The translations under genes and the position numbers were made by a program. The notes under the pieces are model-generated. The model saw only the letters and a program-made list of their open reading frames with translations, searched no databases and had not been told where the DNA came from. From Vulcanimicrobiota bacterium (lineage in GTDB: Bacteria; Vulcanimicrobiota; Xenobia; Xenobiales; JADMJV01), in assembly GCA_050250895.1 (NCBI GenBank), contig JBFWNU010000001.1, positions 1,640,008 through 1,704,007 of the forward strand: DNA of 64,000 nt. Direction: 5' to 3'. This document shows, piece by piece, positions 46,307-56,166 of the stretch (position 1 is its first letter; each line of letters opens with the position of its first letter).

Positions 46307-47907
46307 ACAAAGCTAGCGAGCATTCCATAAAGCGGCAAGAAGATGGACAGCACCACGGTAGCCACGGCGCCGGCCACCAGGGTCACCAGCAGTGGTTCGA
46401 GAGCCGCCGTCAGCGCCTCGAGGCGGCCCTCTAACTCTTGCTCGAGCAGGCGCTCGAAGTGGCCCACCATCTGGCCCAGGTGCCCCGATTCTTCACCCAC
46501 GCGAACCAGCCCCACCAGGATGGAAGGATAGCAGTCGGGCCGCGCGGCCATGTGCGCGCTGAGCGGCTCACCCTGAGTCAGGTCCTCGACCAGGGGGGCC
46601 GCGTCTTCTTCGATCAAAGGGTTGGCCGAGGCCTGAGCCGCTAGCGGCATCACTTGCAGCAAATTGAGACCGGCCCCGTTCAGCATGGCGATGGCCGAGC
46701 AATAGCGACTCAGACCCGTCAAGTGCAAGATGGGGCCCACCAGGGGGATCCGCAAGGCGAGCGAGTAGAGGCGGATTCGCCCCTCTTCGGTGCGACCATA
46801 ATCGCGCAGCCCGGCCACCACTAGCCCCAGCAAGCCGACGACGGCCAGATGCACGCCCGGGTTCTGGGCCGCGGCCGTGAGCCAGAGCACGGCTCGCGTG
46901 ATCAGCGGCAACTCGAGATTGCGGCCCTCGAAAACCTCGAACAAGCCGGGCATGACCGTCACGAACAGGCCGATGGTGATGAGGGCTGCACTGAGCAGCA
47001 CAAAAGCGGGGTACAGCAGCGATGAAACGACTCGCCGCCGAGTCTGGCCATCGCGCTCGAGCCAGTCGGCCGTGCGGTCGAGGGCTGGAGATAGGCCCCC
47101 GGTGTCCTCTCCCACCCGCACCATGGCCAGAAAAACCCGGTCGAAGAGCTGAGGAAACCGGCTCATCGCCTGCGAGAGGGTGATTCCCTTTTCGACCTGG
47201 GCGGCCAGGTCCAGCACGGCCTCGCCGAAGTTCGCGTCTTCTTGATGGGAAAGGGCATCCAGGCTAGGCACGATGCCGACTCCCGAGCGAAAGAGCAGGG
47301 CCAGCTGGCGGCAGAAGATGGCTATCGTCTCGGGCCGGCAGCGGGCCCGCTCGCGCCAGTCGGTCTGGGTTGAACTGGTCGTGCTCGGTGGGATCTGGCT
47401 GGCGAGTTGGGCGCGAGGGGCAGCCGGAGGGCGGGCCGGGGGCAAAATATGGTAGTCGGGAGTCGTCGCCAGCAAGCCTTGCGGCTGACCCGACTTGAGG
47501 CTCTGCTCGACGGCGCGACAGGTAGTTTGCACCAGACTCAGATCGGCGCGGGTGAAATGAGGCGTTCCCTGTTTGCCATCGGCGTAGATGACGCCCCCAA
47601 CCCGATCGCTGTCGAGCCAGAGGGGCGCGCAGACGATCGACTTCACATCGGCCAACAGCGACGAGAATTCGCGCTCGGGCAACTCGTGGGCGGTGTTGGT
47701 CAGAATCGGCAAGCCTTCACGCAGACAGTTGCGGATGACCGACAGACTGACGTCCGAGGCCGTCCAGACCTGGGCGCCCTCGACCCCATGACAGGCCCGC
47801 ACGGACGGCTCGGGTTGGGGTGGATCGGCGTGGAGGATCACGATGCGCTCGGCCTGCAAATCCTCCACCAGGTGAGTCAGGGCGGCGGAAAAAATGGCCT
47901 CAGCCAA
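46303..47907 (-). CDS. GAF domain fused to PilC/GspF inner-membrane platform protein
   Basis: N-terminal SIVCAPL...GVIYAD...FTRADL (GAF); FCRQLALLFRSGV, MVRVGEDTG, LLYPAF, VGEESG, LEPLL (GspF). Confidence 0.85.
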   Translation of the reverse strand: MAEAIFSAALTHLVEDLQAERIVILHADPPQPEPSVRACHGVEGAQVWTASDVSLSVIRNCLREGLPILTNTAHELPEREFSSLLADVKSIVCAPLWLDSDRVGGVIYADGKQGTPHFTRADLSLVQTTCRAVEQSLKSGQPQGLLATTPDYHILPPARPPAAPRAQLASQIPPSTTSSTQTDWRERARCRPETIAIFCRQLALLFRSGVGIVPSLDALSHQEDANFGEAVLDLAAQVEKGITLSQAMSRFPQLFDRVFLAMVRVGEDTGGLSPALDRTADWLERDGQTRRRVVSSLLYPAFVLLSAALITIGLFVTVMPGLFEVFEGRNLELPLITRAVLWLTAAAQNPGVHLAVVGLLGLVVAGLRDYGRTEEGRIRLYSLALRIPLVGPILHLTGLSRYCSAIAMLNGAGLNLLQVMPLAAQASANPLIEEDAAPLVEDLTQGEPLSAHMAARPDCYPSILVGLVRVGEESGHLGQMVGHFERLLEQELEGRLEALTAALEPLLVTLVAGAVATVVLSIFLPLYGMLASFV

Positions 47908-49768
47908 GGCCAGGCTCCAGGGGCAGGCTCAGGCAGAAGCAAGCACCTCCCAATTGGCTCGGTTCGAGGCTCAGCTCGCCGCCTGCGGCGCGCAGATTTT
48001 GGCGGCTGATAGCCAGGCCCAGGCCATTGCCCTGACCGATCTTCTTAGTGGAGAAGAACGGCTCGAAAACCTTCTCGGCCTGCTCGGGGGCAACCCCGGG
48101 CCCGTTGTCGTCTACCCGCACTGCGAGCCGGCCGTCCTGGGGGGTGGCCGTGAGTCGAATCAAGCGGCGGGGCTGGTCGTCGGCGAGGGCGTCGATGGCG
48201 TTCTTGATGACGTTGGTCAGGGCCCAATAGCAATCCTGGGTACCGCCCTGGACGATGAAGTCCTCGTCGATCTGGTTTTCTAGCTCGACTCTCTTTTGAC
48301 GCAGATAGGGTTGGAGCGAGCTGAGGCTATCACTGAGCACCGAGGTGATCGAGAAGCTCTCGGCGGGTCGCGCCTCGGCCGGCCGGCTATAAAGCAGCAG
48401 GCGGTCGGTCACCCGCTGACACCGCTCGACGGATTTGAGGATCAAGCCCAGACTGTCGGTGGCCGGCGGCGGGCCGGTGAGAAAGGCGAGAGCAGTCTCG
48501 GCCGAGAGCTTGATGGCTCCTAAAGGGGTGTTCAGCTCGTGGGCGGCGTTGGCGGCCAGGCGGCCGGCCGCCGCCCACTGGCTCGACTCGACGAGCTGGT
48601 CCTGGCTGGCCCGCAGGTCGGCGTGCGACTGGCGCACTTGCTCGAGCCGCTCGAGAGCCAACAAGGCCGCCCCCGCCTGACGGCCGATGACGGCGAAGAA
48701 CTCTTCTAAAAAGTCGGGGTAGGGTTCGGGCCCTATCCGCCCCAGATGCATGACCCCCATCCCCCCCAGAGGGACCATGATATGCGAACCCAGCTCACGC
48801 CAACCCGGGTCGGAAAAGAGTTGACCGTTGGCCCGGGCCACCCGGTCGATCGATTCAGGCAAGCGAGGGGCGGGCGTCTCGCCACCGTTCAGCAGGCTTG
48901 CCGCCGCCTGAGCGTTGCACCAGACGAAGCCTCCGTCGGCGGCCACGATTTCGAGACTCTTCTCGAGCAAGAGGCGGCACAGGGCGCGAGTCTGATCGAT
49001 TTCGCTAAGGCCTTGACTCAAGGTGTCGAGCAGTTCTAGTTGGCGGTCCTTTCGCGACAAGAGTTGACCGCGCACCGCCGTTTCTCGCTTGAGTTCCCGG
49101 GCCTGCTCGCGGACATGGGCCAGACCGCGGCGTGTTCGCCGCAAGCTGTCGCGAAGAGCCCAAAGTTGCTTGACTAGCTGGCCCCGCAGAGCGGTCAGGG
49201 CAAATAATAAAGGCAGGTAGAGAACGGCCAGGCCCGGTTGGACGGCGGCGGCCAGATTCATGGCCAGCGCCACGGTCGGCAAGACCACCACCAGCAGAAT
49301 GTCCTGGTGGAAGGCCCGACTGCGGCAAGCCAGCAAAAGCCCCACCAGGAGATAGGCCTCGAGCACCTGCAATTGGCCCGAGAGAGTGTCCACGCCTCGC
49401 CACAGCGCCACCGCCCCGGCGGCTACCAGTGGCAACAGGGCGCGGCCCGAATCGGCGAGGTGTTCGGGGCGGGGCGAGCGCAGCAACAGCGTCAGGGCCA
49501 CTCCCAGCAGACCGCACAGCATGCCTGCCGCCAGTGGCAAGTGCGACCCTGCCATGGCAAAAAGGGCCAGGGCTGTCGAGGTGCGCTGCAGTTCGAGTTC
49601 GGCGGCCAGGCCGGCCACCAGTTCCAAAGCGACGGTAGAGCATAGCACCAGCCCGAGCAACAGAGCCGACCATTGGGCCGGTCCTGGAGCCGGATAGAAC
49701 AACAAAGCCAGGGCAGGCAGCCAGCCGCCCAGACACCAGAGCGTGGTGGTGAGGTCCGGATTTTTCAC
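47900..49768 (-). CDS. membrane sensor histidine kinase (NtrB-like)
   Basis: Multiple TM, GAF-like segment, AHELNTPLG H-box, NVIKNA, DNGPG, PFFSTK, GNGLGL. Confidence 0.92.
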   Translation of the reverse strand: MKNPDLTTTLWCLGGWLPALALLFYPAPGPAQWSALLLGLVLCSTVALELVAGLAAELELQRTSTALALFAMAGSHLPLAAGMLCGLLGVALTLLLRSPRPEHLADSGRALLPLVAAGAVALWRGVDTLSGQLQVLEAYLLVGLLLACRSRAFHQDILLVVVLPTVALAMNLAAAVQPGLAVLYLPLLFALTALRGQLVKQLWALRDSLRRTRRGLAHVREQARELKRETAVRGQLLSRKDRQLELLDTLSQGLSEIDQTRALCRLLLEKSLEIVAADGGFVWCNAQAAASLLNGGETPAPRLPESIDRVARANGQLFSDPGWRELGSHIMVPLGGMGVMHLGRIGPEPYPDFLEEFFAVIGRQAGAALLALERLEQVRQSHADLRASQDQLVESSQWAAAGRLAANAAHELNTPLGAIKLSAETALAFLTGPPPATDSLGLILKSVERCQRVTDRLLLYSRPAEARPAESFSITSVLSDSLSSLQPYLRQKRVELENQIDEDFIVQGGTQDCYWALTNVIKNAIDALADDQPRRLIRLTATPQDGRLAVRVDDNGPGVAPEQAEKVFEPFFSTKKIGQGNGLGLAISRQNLRAAGGELSLEPSQLGGACFCLSLPLEPGLG

Positions 49769-52131
49769 CCGATCAAGCCGGGCGATTCATCGGGCAGTGC
49801 CAGGCGAGCCCGATGGTAGTATTCCATGACGGTGGTGCTGGGCTCGCTATCATAGAGCGAGCGCAGGGCTTTCTCGCATTCATGATACTGCTCGATGGCC
49901 GCCTCTGGACGACCGCCGTCGATGAGACACCGCATGATCAGCAAGTGGGCTTCCTGGTTGGCCGGCTCCAGCGTGAGGGCGCGGCGGGCGGCCGCTACCG
50001 CCTCACGGGGCTCGTGGCGTTCGAGGTTGAGCTCGGCCAATCGCATAGCTGCGCCCGAGACTTCGCGTTCCCAATGATCGCGTCGCTGGGTAGCCCAGTC
50101 ATAGTAGCATCCCTCCAGGTAAGGCCCGCGATAGAGTTCGAGCGCCGCTTGCAGCTCCCGGGCCTCCTGGTCCGGGGAACAACCCTCTTGCTTGGCGGCC
50201 TTGAGGTGACGGGCCAGCTCGGTGACATCGTGCCAGGCGGCGATCTCGGGATTGGTGCGCAGGGTCTCGTACTGACGCTCGACCGGGTCGCGGCGAAACC
50301 CGGCCGCCTGGAACAGCTTGCGAATCACCGAAGTACACCAGTAGAGGCCCTTCTTGTCGCTGCTGCGAGCCTCTTCCCAGACCGCTTCTAGCGCGAGCTC
50401 GTCGTGCACCGGGCGCCCCCACTCGTAGGCCAGATAGGCGAAAAGATAACGGGTGCGCTGGGTTCGCCAGGCCCGGTCGGGCAGGGTTTCGCCGGCCAAG
50501 GACAATTGGAACGGCCCAAAGGAGTGAATGCGGATCATTCCGGGCCCCTCCAGGTCCTCCATGCGAACCACCAGCTTCTCGGCCAATTTGCGCACCTCGG
50601 GCACGGGCGAAACGCGCAACTCTCGCCACAAGGGCTCGGGCACCTGATGGCCCTCATCGACCAGGGTCTGCAGCCAGAACAGAAGCTGGTCGGGGCTGAA
50701 AGTCTCGGCCTGGAGATGAGTGATGAGCAGGCGAGGAAACAGGTTGCAGAAACGACCCAGAAAGCCGGTCATGGGGTAGCGCTTCAGGTTTTCGAGCAAA
50801 TCGGGCAAAAGCCACTGACCGTGCACCTCGAGTTCTCGCGTCAGCGAGGGCATCAACAACTGGCGACACACCTGGGTAAAGCGCTGGCTGTCGATGTTCT
50901 CTCCGGCCGCGACCAGGGCGACCGCGGCCAGGGCCACGGCGTCACTATGGCCGAAGCGCATCAGCGGCGGCACGGCCCGGCGCAACAGGGTCAGGGCTTC
51001 GGGCCGGCGGTGCCGGCGCAGCAGCAGGCCGCCGTGAAAATCGGCCAGACAGGCGCGATAGGTGCCGATGCGAGCGGCTAGCGAGCAGGCGATTCCTAGC
51101 TGTTGCAGACACTCTTCGGGAGCTTGGGCCAGGCGGGCCAGGCCTAAACGGGCCTCCACTTCTCCGTCGAGGTCTGGCTGGTGGGCCAGATACTCGCGAA
51201 AGCTGGCCCGTGCCCCCGCCAGGTCGCCGGCACGTTCGAGGGCCTGTCCGATGGCCAACAGTCCGGTCGAGGCGTTGCCCGACTTGCGGGCCGAAGGGAC
51301 CGGTGCGTTTTGGCGTAAGACCCTGACCACCTGGGGGTCCAGCCCCTCGGTGTCCAACCCCTGGCCCTGGTTTTCTATCTCGCGGCGGGCCTCGGCCACG
51401 ACTGCCTCGACCACCCTGGCCTCGAGCGGTGGCTCGTGGTCGCCTTGACGATGGGCCAGCACTTCGGACAGCGAAGGTAGCAGCAGTGGGGCATCCAGCA
51501 AGGCCTGCCGGGCGGGGCCCACCACCGCCTCGGGCAAAAGTTCGAGCACGGCCGCCTGGGTGACTTGCTGTAACACCGGCCCTTCCAACTCGAGGGCCGC
51601 GCCGGCCCGGGCGGCCAACTCGCGAACCCTTTGCACCAGCTGGGGGTCGGGCAGGCCAGCCGGGTCCTGCAGGCACAGGACCAGGGTCTGCAGCACTTGA
51701 GAGACGACCTCGGCCTGCGCGCTGGCCGGCTGGAGAGGGCCGAGCTGCCGGGTCTGTTGTAACTGCTGGCGCACCAGTTCGAGAAAGCGCGAGGTCTCGA
51801 AGGGCTTCTTGAGAAAGCCCCCCACGCCGAGCTTGTGGGCCCGGCTGGTCTCTTCGAGCGAAGCATAACCCGACACCACCAGCGATCCGATCCCGGCTTG
51901 CGACTTCTGGGCCTGCTCGATCACCTCGATGCCGTCGGGCCCCTCGACGCGTACGTCGGCCACCACCAGGTCAAAGCTCTGCTCGCGGGCGGCCGCGATG
52001 GCCTCGTGGCCGGTCTCGACGGCCACCACCTCATAGTCGCTATAGCTCAAGATTTGGGTCAAGATGGCCCGCATCTCGTGATCGTCTTCGAGCAAGAGAA
52101 TACGGGGCTTCTTGTCGGTGGTCACACTCAT
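49765..52131 (-). CDS. response regulator: REC + degenerate HD-GYP-like + TPR + wHTH/BTAD
   Basis: LLLEDD, VVADV, LKKPF; C-terminal LYRGPYLEG...W...R and EPANQEAHLLIMR (BTAD). Confidence 0.85.
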   Translation of the reverse strand: MSVTTDKKPRILLLEDDHEMRAILTQILSYSDYEVVAVETGHEAIAAAREQSFDLVVADVRVEGPDGIEVIEQAQKSQAGIGSLVVSGYASLEETSRAHKLGVGGFLKKPFETSRFLELVRQQLQQTRQLGPLQPASAQAEVVSQVLQTLVLCLQDPAGLPDPQLVQRVRELAARAGAALELEGPVLQQVTQAAVLELLPEAVVGPARQALLDAPLLLPSLSEVLAHRQGDHEPPLEARVVEAVVAEARREIENQGQGLDTEGLDPQVVRVLRQNAPVPSARKSGNASTGLLAIGQALERAGDLAGARASFREYLAHQPDLDGEVEARLGLARLAQAPEECLQQLGIACSLAARIGTYRACLADFHGGLLLRRHRRPEALTLLRRAVPPLMRFGHSDAVALAAVALVAAGENIDSQRFTQVCRQLLMPSLTRELEVHGQWLLPDLLENLKRYPMTGFLGRFCNLFPRLLITHLQAETFSPDQLLFWLQTLVDEGHQVPEPLWRELRVSPVPEVRKLAEKLVVRMEDLEGPGMIRIHSFGPFQLSLAGETLPDRAWRTQRTRYLFAYLAYEWGRPVHDELALEAVWEEARSSDKKGLYWCTSVIRKLFQAAGFRRDPVERQYETLRTNPEIAAWHDVTELARHLKAAKQEGCSPDQEARELQAALELYRGPYLEGCYYDWATQRRDHWEREVSGAAMRLAELNLERHEPREAVAAARRALTLEPANQEAHLLIMRCLIDGGRPEAAIEQYHECEKALRSLYDSEPSTTVMEYYHRARLALPDESPGLIG

Positions 52132-52171
52132 CGAGTCATCAAACTTGGCTGTCGGTAGCGCGATTCCTGGC

Positions 52172-53044
52172 TTAGATCGGCGTCGCGCCGGGCAGGCTAG
52201 GAGTTACGTTAGCCGTAGGGATCACCAATTCTTGACCCACCTGGATGTGACCGACATCCTCGAGTTCATTGACCTGGGCGATCTGCTCGAGCAGGTTCAG
52301 ATCGCGAATCTGCTCGGGTGTGTAGCCCTGACCGCGCAGGATCGAGAGCACATTTCCATTGGGCGTTCCGAAGGGGGTGACCGTGACCAGGGTAGCGGCC
52401 TGACCCGGGAACGGGTTGTCCTGATCATCGGCGGGCAGCACGAACGGCTCGCTCTGCTCGGGCGCTCCCACCGTCTGGGCTAGCGGAGAACCCGGTTGAG
52501 GAGGATAACGGTCGGCGAAGCTCTCGAGCTGTTCGAGGGAGAGGATGGGGCTGGCCCCGGCGGGCACGTCGCTCGGGATCAGCAGGATGTTGCCCGGCTC
52601 GAGACTTTGATCGGGTTCGAGTCGGTTGACAGCCCGGGCCTGGTCAAGCAGAGTCTGGCCATGCTCGTTGGGAGTGTTGATCTCGTCAGGGGTGAACCCC
52701 TCGGCCTGCAGAATGGCTTCGAGGTCGTTAAAAGGCTCTTGAGTGCCGGTGCGCACGAAGCCGGCACCGTGGCCTGAATAGGGATTTCTCTCGTCATGGC
52801 TGGCCAGGTCGTCGTCGTGGAGGCGCTCGCCGGCCTGCGAGGGAGCTGGAACTTCGCCAGTCAGAGCCAGCCGTCGAACCGCCCGCAGACGAGAGCTGAA
52901 CTCGAAGTCGTTAGCGTTGGAAGGAGCGAAGTCCGCGTCGGTTTCTTCGCTTTGGTAGGCCACGGGCACTTCTTGAGACCGGCTCAGCGGAGCGCCTCTC
53001 AGGATCGGGGTGGGGTTGCTGACATTGTTCTGAGTGTTGACCAT
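52172..53044 (-). CDS. protein with two extended LysM-like repeats
   Basis: ...AVNRLEPDQSLEPGNILLIP and ...QVNELEDVGHIQVGQELVIP; GGAGG RBS. Confidence 0.7.
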   Translation of the reverse strand: MVNTQNNVSNPTPILRGAPLSRSQEVPVAYQSEETDADFAPSNANDFEFSSRLRAVRRLALTGEVPAPSQAGERLHDDDLASHDERNPYSGHGAGFVRTGTQEPFNDLEAILQAEGFTPDEINTPNEHGQTLLDQARAVNRLEPDQSLEPGNILLIPSDVPAGASPILSLEQLESFADRYPPQPGSPLAQTVGAPEQSEPFVLPADDQDNPFPGQAATLVTVTPFGTPNGNVLSILRGQGYTPEQIRDLNLLEQIAQVNELEDVGHIQVGQELVIPTANVTPSLPGATPI

Positions 53045-53074
53045 CGTTGTGTCCTCCGTTTCGTTGAGTTGACT

Positions 53075-53479
53075 TTAGATGGACCAGCCGGAACTCAGGA
53101 AAGAAGACCCCGGCAAATGTTGCCGGGTTGTAAACGTTTGGGCGATGTCTTTGGGCCGAATTCTCAAGAGGGCCGCGGCCGCCTCGGTCTCGGGAACGAT
53201 CAGGCTCAGAATAGGGCTGGATTCAGACCCGCCGCTCGCCGAAGAGGCCAGACCGGCATAGCCCCGGGACAGTCCTAGAGTTTCGGCCGTGGCTGAATGG
53301 ATTTTGGGGGCACATCGAGCCACTTCGAGGAGCCGACTAAGGTCATCATCGGGCCGACGAGGCGAAGGGATGTAGGCGTCACCTGGGTCCTCTCCGGAGT
53401 GGGATGGCTCCTTGGGAGTGAGTCTCTCGCGCGAGGCTGTCTGGTGAGCGGCGGGGAGCGGTGGGTTCGGGTTGAGCAT
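53075..53479 (-). CDS. hypothetical protein
   Basis: GGAG RBS; lies between co-oriented genes; no family recognised. Confidence 0.45.
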   Translation of the reverse strand: MLNPNPPLPAAHQTASRERLTPKEPSHSGEDPGDAYIPSPRRPDDDLSRLLEVARCAPKIHSATAETLGLSRGYAGLASSASGGSESSPILSLIVPETEAAAALLRIRPKDIAQTFTTRQHLPGSSFLSSGWSI

Positions 53480-53510
53480 CTATCGTTTCTCCGATCGTTA
53501 GGGTTGAGAT

Positions 53511-56126
53511 TCAGGCTGCCTCGTCGGAGGCGGCGAATTGGGCAAAGATAGAGCCGGCCAGGGCACGAAAGCCCAGTACCGAAGGCGAAGCGATCTCGGC
53601 GGCCTGGGCCGGCAGGCGGGGCCGCTCGACGAAAAAGTCGGGAAAGTTCTGGGCGAAGGTGTCAAAGTCAGTGACGAAGGCCTCAAGATCTGGAGAGATG
53701 CCGGGCCGGAAGATGGGCGCCTCGATTCCGCGCGCGTCGAAGAGGGAGCGGACCACCGCGTTCTGGGCCGAGGCGCTGCCGCGGTGATAGGGGGTGGCCT
53801 GGGCCAGCAGCCAGTTGACCCGGGCAACCGCGTCCACCGTCTCGTCCAGGGGCAGATTGGGGTCGAGCGCCCGGCGGTAGAAGTCATCGGCCAGATCGAG
53901 CAACCGCCGGCCGGTGGCCGGCGAGGTGTGGACCCAGGCGAACGGCACGCCCTCCGAGTTGCGCAGTACCGGCGTCAACTCCAGGAGCTCGTCTCCGATT
54001 TGTAGCGAGCTGGCGGCGCCGACTCTATCGCGAATGGTCACGGCCCCACCGGCGTCTCCGTAGCGTCCGGTGATCGGAGTACGGGTCAAGATGGTCGGGT
54101 CATCCGCCCGCTCGACCAGAAAGCTGTCGTCGAAATGCTCGCGACCAAAGGCTCCCAGCGGACCTTCGGCCAGCTGGTCGAGGGCCTCTCGGAGAGTGGC
54201 CGGAGGGTTCTCGGCCAGGGCCCGAGTGGCTTCTTGAATCGTCTCGAGATAGGCGGGGTCAGTGGAATATCCCTGACTGAAGATCTGAAAGCGGGCTTGG
54301 TCGTCGAAGGGGTTGCCGGTGAAGATGGGGTTGCCGTACTCATCGAGGTGGCTGAGATCGATGACGCCGTCGACGCGGCCCGCCTCGACGATCTCGTCGG
54401 CGACGGTGGCGGCTTCGGCCACCTCGTCAGCGAAGGTGGCGGCCTCGGCCACCTCGTCGACCAGACCGGCCCCGTGAGCGCCAGCAAGCCCGCCTCCGGT
54501 GGCGACCTCGGTCAGAACTTCAAAGGCAACCGCTCCGGCGATGCCCGCCACGCCGTGCTCTTCAAGAATCGGCCGGAAGGATTCGAGCAGAAGCTCGGGT
54601 TGGGTGGCCACGTAGCCCAGCCCGGTGATGACCTGGCCCGGCTGGGTGACGATGGTGCCCAGTCCCTCAACGGTGCCGGCGGCGGCTTCTCCGAAACCAC
54701 CGAAGAAGTTGTCGACCTGATGGGTGACCAGCGCGCTCGCCTGGTCTGAAGCCAGGTCGATCTGGTCCCCGGCGGTCCGGACCTGAGCGGCCAGTCCCTC
54801 GGCGCCAACCGCGTCCAGAGCCCTACCGGCCAGTCCTGACAGCCCCTGGGCGCCGGCCCCCACGGCCGTATCGAGCAACTCGAGTGGAAGGCTGAACTGG
54901 TCGGCCACTCCCTGAGAGATGTCCCGCACTGCCTGCCCGACCAGCCCCGTGACCGCCTCGACCCCGGTCGAGACGGCCAGGTCGAGACCGTCGAGCGCCT
55001 GGTTGGTCACCCGGTCAAGATTGTCGGCCAGGCCATCGGCGCCCAGCAGACGCGCGCCGCCTTCGACGACTTCTTCGAAAGCCTCGATCGGGGCGGTGAA
55101 TACGCTGGTGACGAGGTTGTGGTCGAACTGTTCACCCACCCAGCCAAAAGCCCGGCGCACGCCATTGCTCACGTCCTCGCTCAGGTCGTCGAAGAACTCG
55201 TCGGCCTGGTCACCGGTCTGGCGAACCTGGTCGGCCAGACCGTCAGCCCCGACCAGGTCCAGAGTCGCCCCACTCAGGCCGGTCACGGCGTCGTTGACCA
55301 GACTGGCCAGGGCGATCCCACCGGTGGCGGGGTTGACCAGGTCGGTGATGGTGTGACCGAGGTCCGAAAACGCGTTGCCGACACGCTGCCAGGCGCTATC
55401 GTCGGCGCGCCGGATCGAGGTGATCGCCTCGTCGAGTTCGCCCAGCGCCGAATTGGCGCTCTGCTCGAGGTGAGGAGCTAGAGCAGGATGCCTTTCCAGC
55501 AGTTCGGGTAGCTGCTCGCCGAAGGTGGCCAGGGCCTGATCGGCCTCTTCATCTCCTTCGGCCCCGTCGAGCAGGTCTTCCAGGCGGGTTTCAAGATGCT
55601 GGCTGAGCAGGGTGCCGACCCGCTGCTGAGTGTCTTCATTCTGGTTGTTGTAGAGCAACCGTTGAAAGCCAAGAGCGGTGGGAATCTGCTCGAACTCTTC
55701 AAAGCTCTCGACGGTCTGGTCGAGGGCCGACTGGGCCGCCTGGCCCACCTCTTCGTCTTCTTCGGCCAACTGGGCCAGAGCCAGGTACTCGTCGTCACTC
55801 AGCCCATCCAGGGTCTCTGAATCGCGCAGGTCGTCGGCGAGCTGGGCGGGGTCAGCGGCCCAGTCATCGTAGATCTCCTGCGCGGGAGTCGGGTTGCGGC
55901 TGTCTTCGCGCAGCTCCTCCGTCTGGGGGGTCAGTTCTCTTCGAACCGGAGCGGCCTTCGAACTCGTTTCGCCCGCTTCACGCCGGCCTTTGGCGGCGGG
56001 GGCCGCTTTGCTCTTGGCTTGAGCGGAGGCCTGGCCGTTGCCACTGGCCTTCGAGGTCGCTTTGGAGGCGGCGCGGGCCTTGGCCCGTGACGGGCCGGTG
56101 GATTGAGAAGTGCCTTTGACTAGCAT
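53511..56126 (-). CDS. large effector/polymorphic-toxin-like protein with C-terminal AvrB-like Fido domain
   Basis: Low-complexity N-terminus, internal helical repeats, hydrophobic pre-toxin-like segment; C-terminal WLLAQATPYHRGSAS...RGIEAPIFRPGISPDLEAF. Confidence 0.7.
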   Translation of the reverse strand: MLVKGTSQSTGPSRAKARAASKATSKASGNGQASAQAKSKAAPAAKGRREAGETSSKAAPVRRELTPQTEELREDSRNPTPAQEIYDDWAADPAQLADDLRDSETLDGLSDDEYLALAQLAEEDEEVGQAAQSALDQTVESFEEFEQIPTALGFQRLLYNNQNEDTQQRVGTLLSQHLETRLEDLLDGAEGDEEADQALATFGEQLPELLERHPALAPHLEQSANSALGELDEAITSIRRADDSAWQRVGNAFSDLGHTITDLVNPATGGIALASLVNDAVTGLSGATLDLVGADGLADQVRQTGDQADEFFDDLSEDVSNGVRRAFGWVGEQFDHNLVTSVFTAPIEAFEEVVEGGARLLGADGLADNLDRVTNQALDGLDLAVSTGVEAVTGLVGQAVRDISQGVADQFSLPLELLDTAVGAGAQGLSGLAGRALDAVGAEGLAAQVRTAGDQIDLASDQASALVTHQVDNFFGGFGEAAAGTVEGLGTIVTQPGQVITGLGYVATQPELLLESFRPILEEHGVAGIAGAVAFEVLTEVATGGGLAGAHGAGLVDEVAEAATFADEVAEAATVADEIVEAGRVDGVIDLSHLDEYGNPIFTGNPFDDQARFQIFSQGYSTDPAYLETIQEATRALAENPPATLREALDQLAEGPLGAFGREHFDDSFLVERADDPTILTRTPITGRYGDAGGAVTIRDRVGAASSLQIGDELLELTPVLRNSEGVPFAWVHTSPATGRRLLDLADDFYRRALDPNLPLDETVDAVARVNWLLAQATPYHRGSASAQNAVVRSLFDARGIEAPIFRPGISPDLEAFVTDFDTFAQNFPDFFVERPRLPAQAAEIASPSVLGFRALAGSIFAQFAASDEAA
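54391..54459. repeat. 30-bp in-frame tandem repeat (about 2.3 copies)
   Basis: ATCTCGTCGGCGACGGTGGCGGCTTCGGCC / ACCTCGTCAGCGAAGGTGGCGGCCTCGGCC / ACCTCGTCG; encodes DEVAEAAT(F/V)A. Confidence 0.85.
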
Positions 56127-56166
56127 TAGTACCTCCTGGTCGTCTCAAAGTGAGAGGGTGGGAAGA

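Noticed and set aside
54391-54459. CRISPR-like repeat
   Set aside because: Adjacent in-frame 30-bp units with no spacers and no cas genes.
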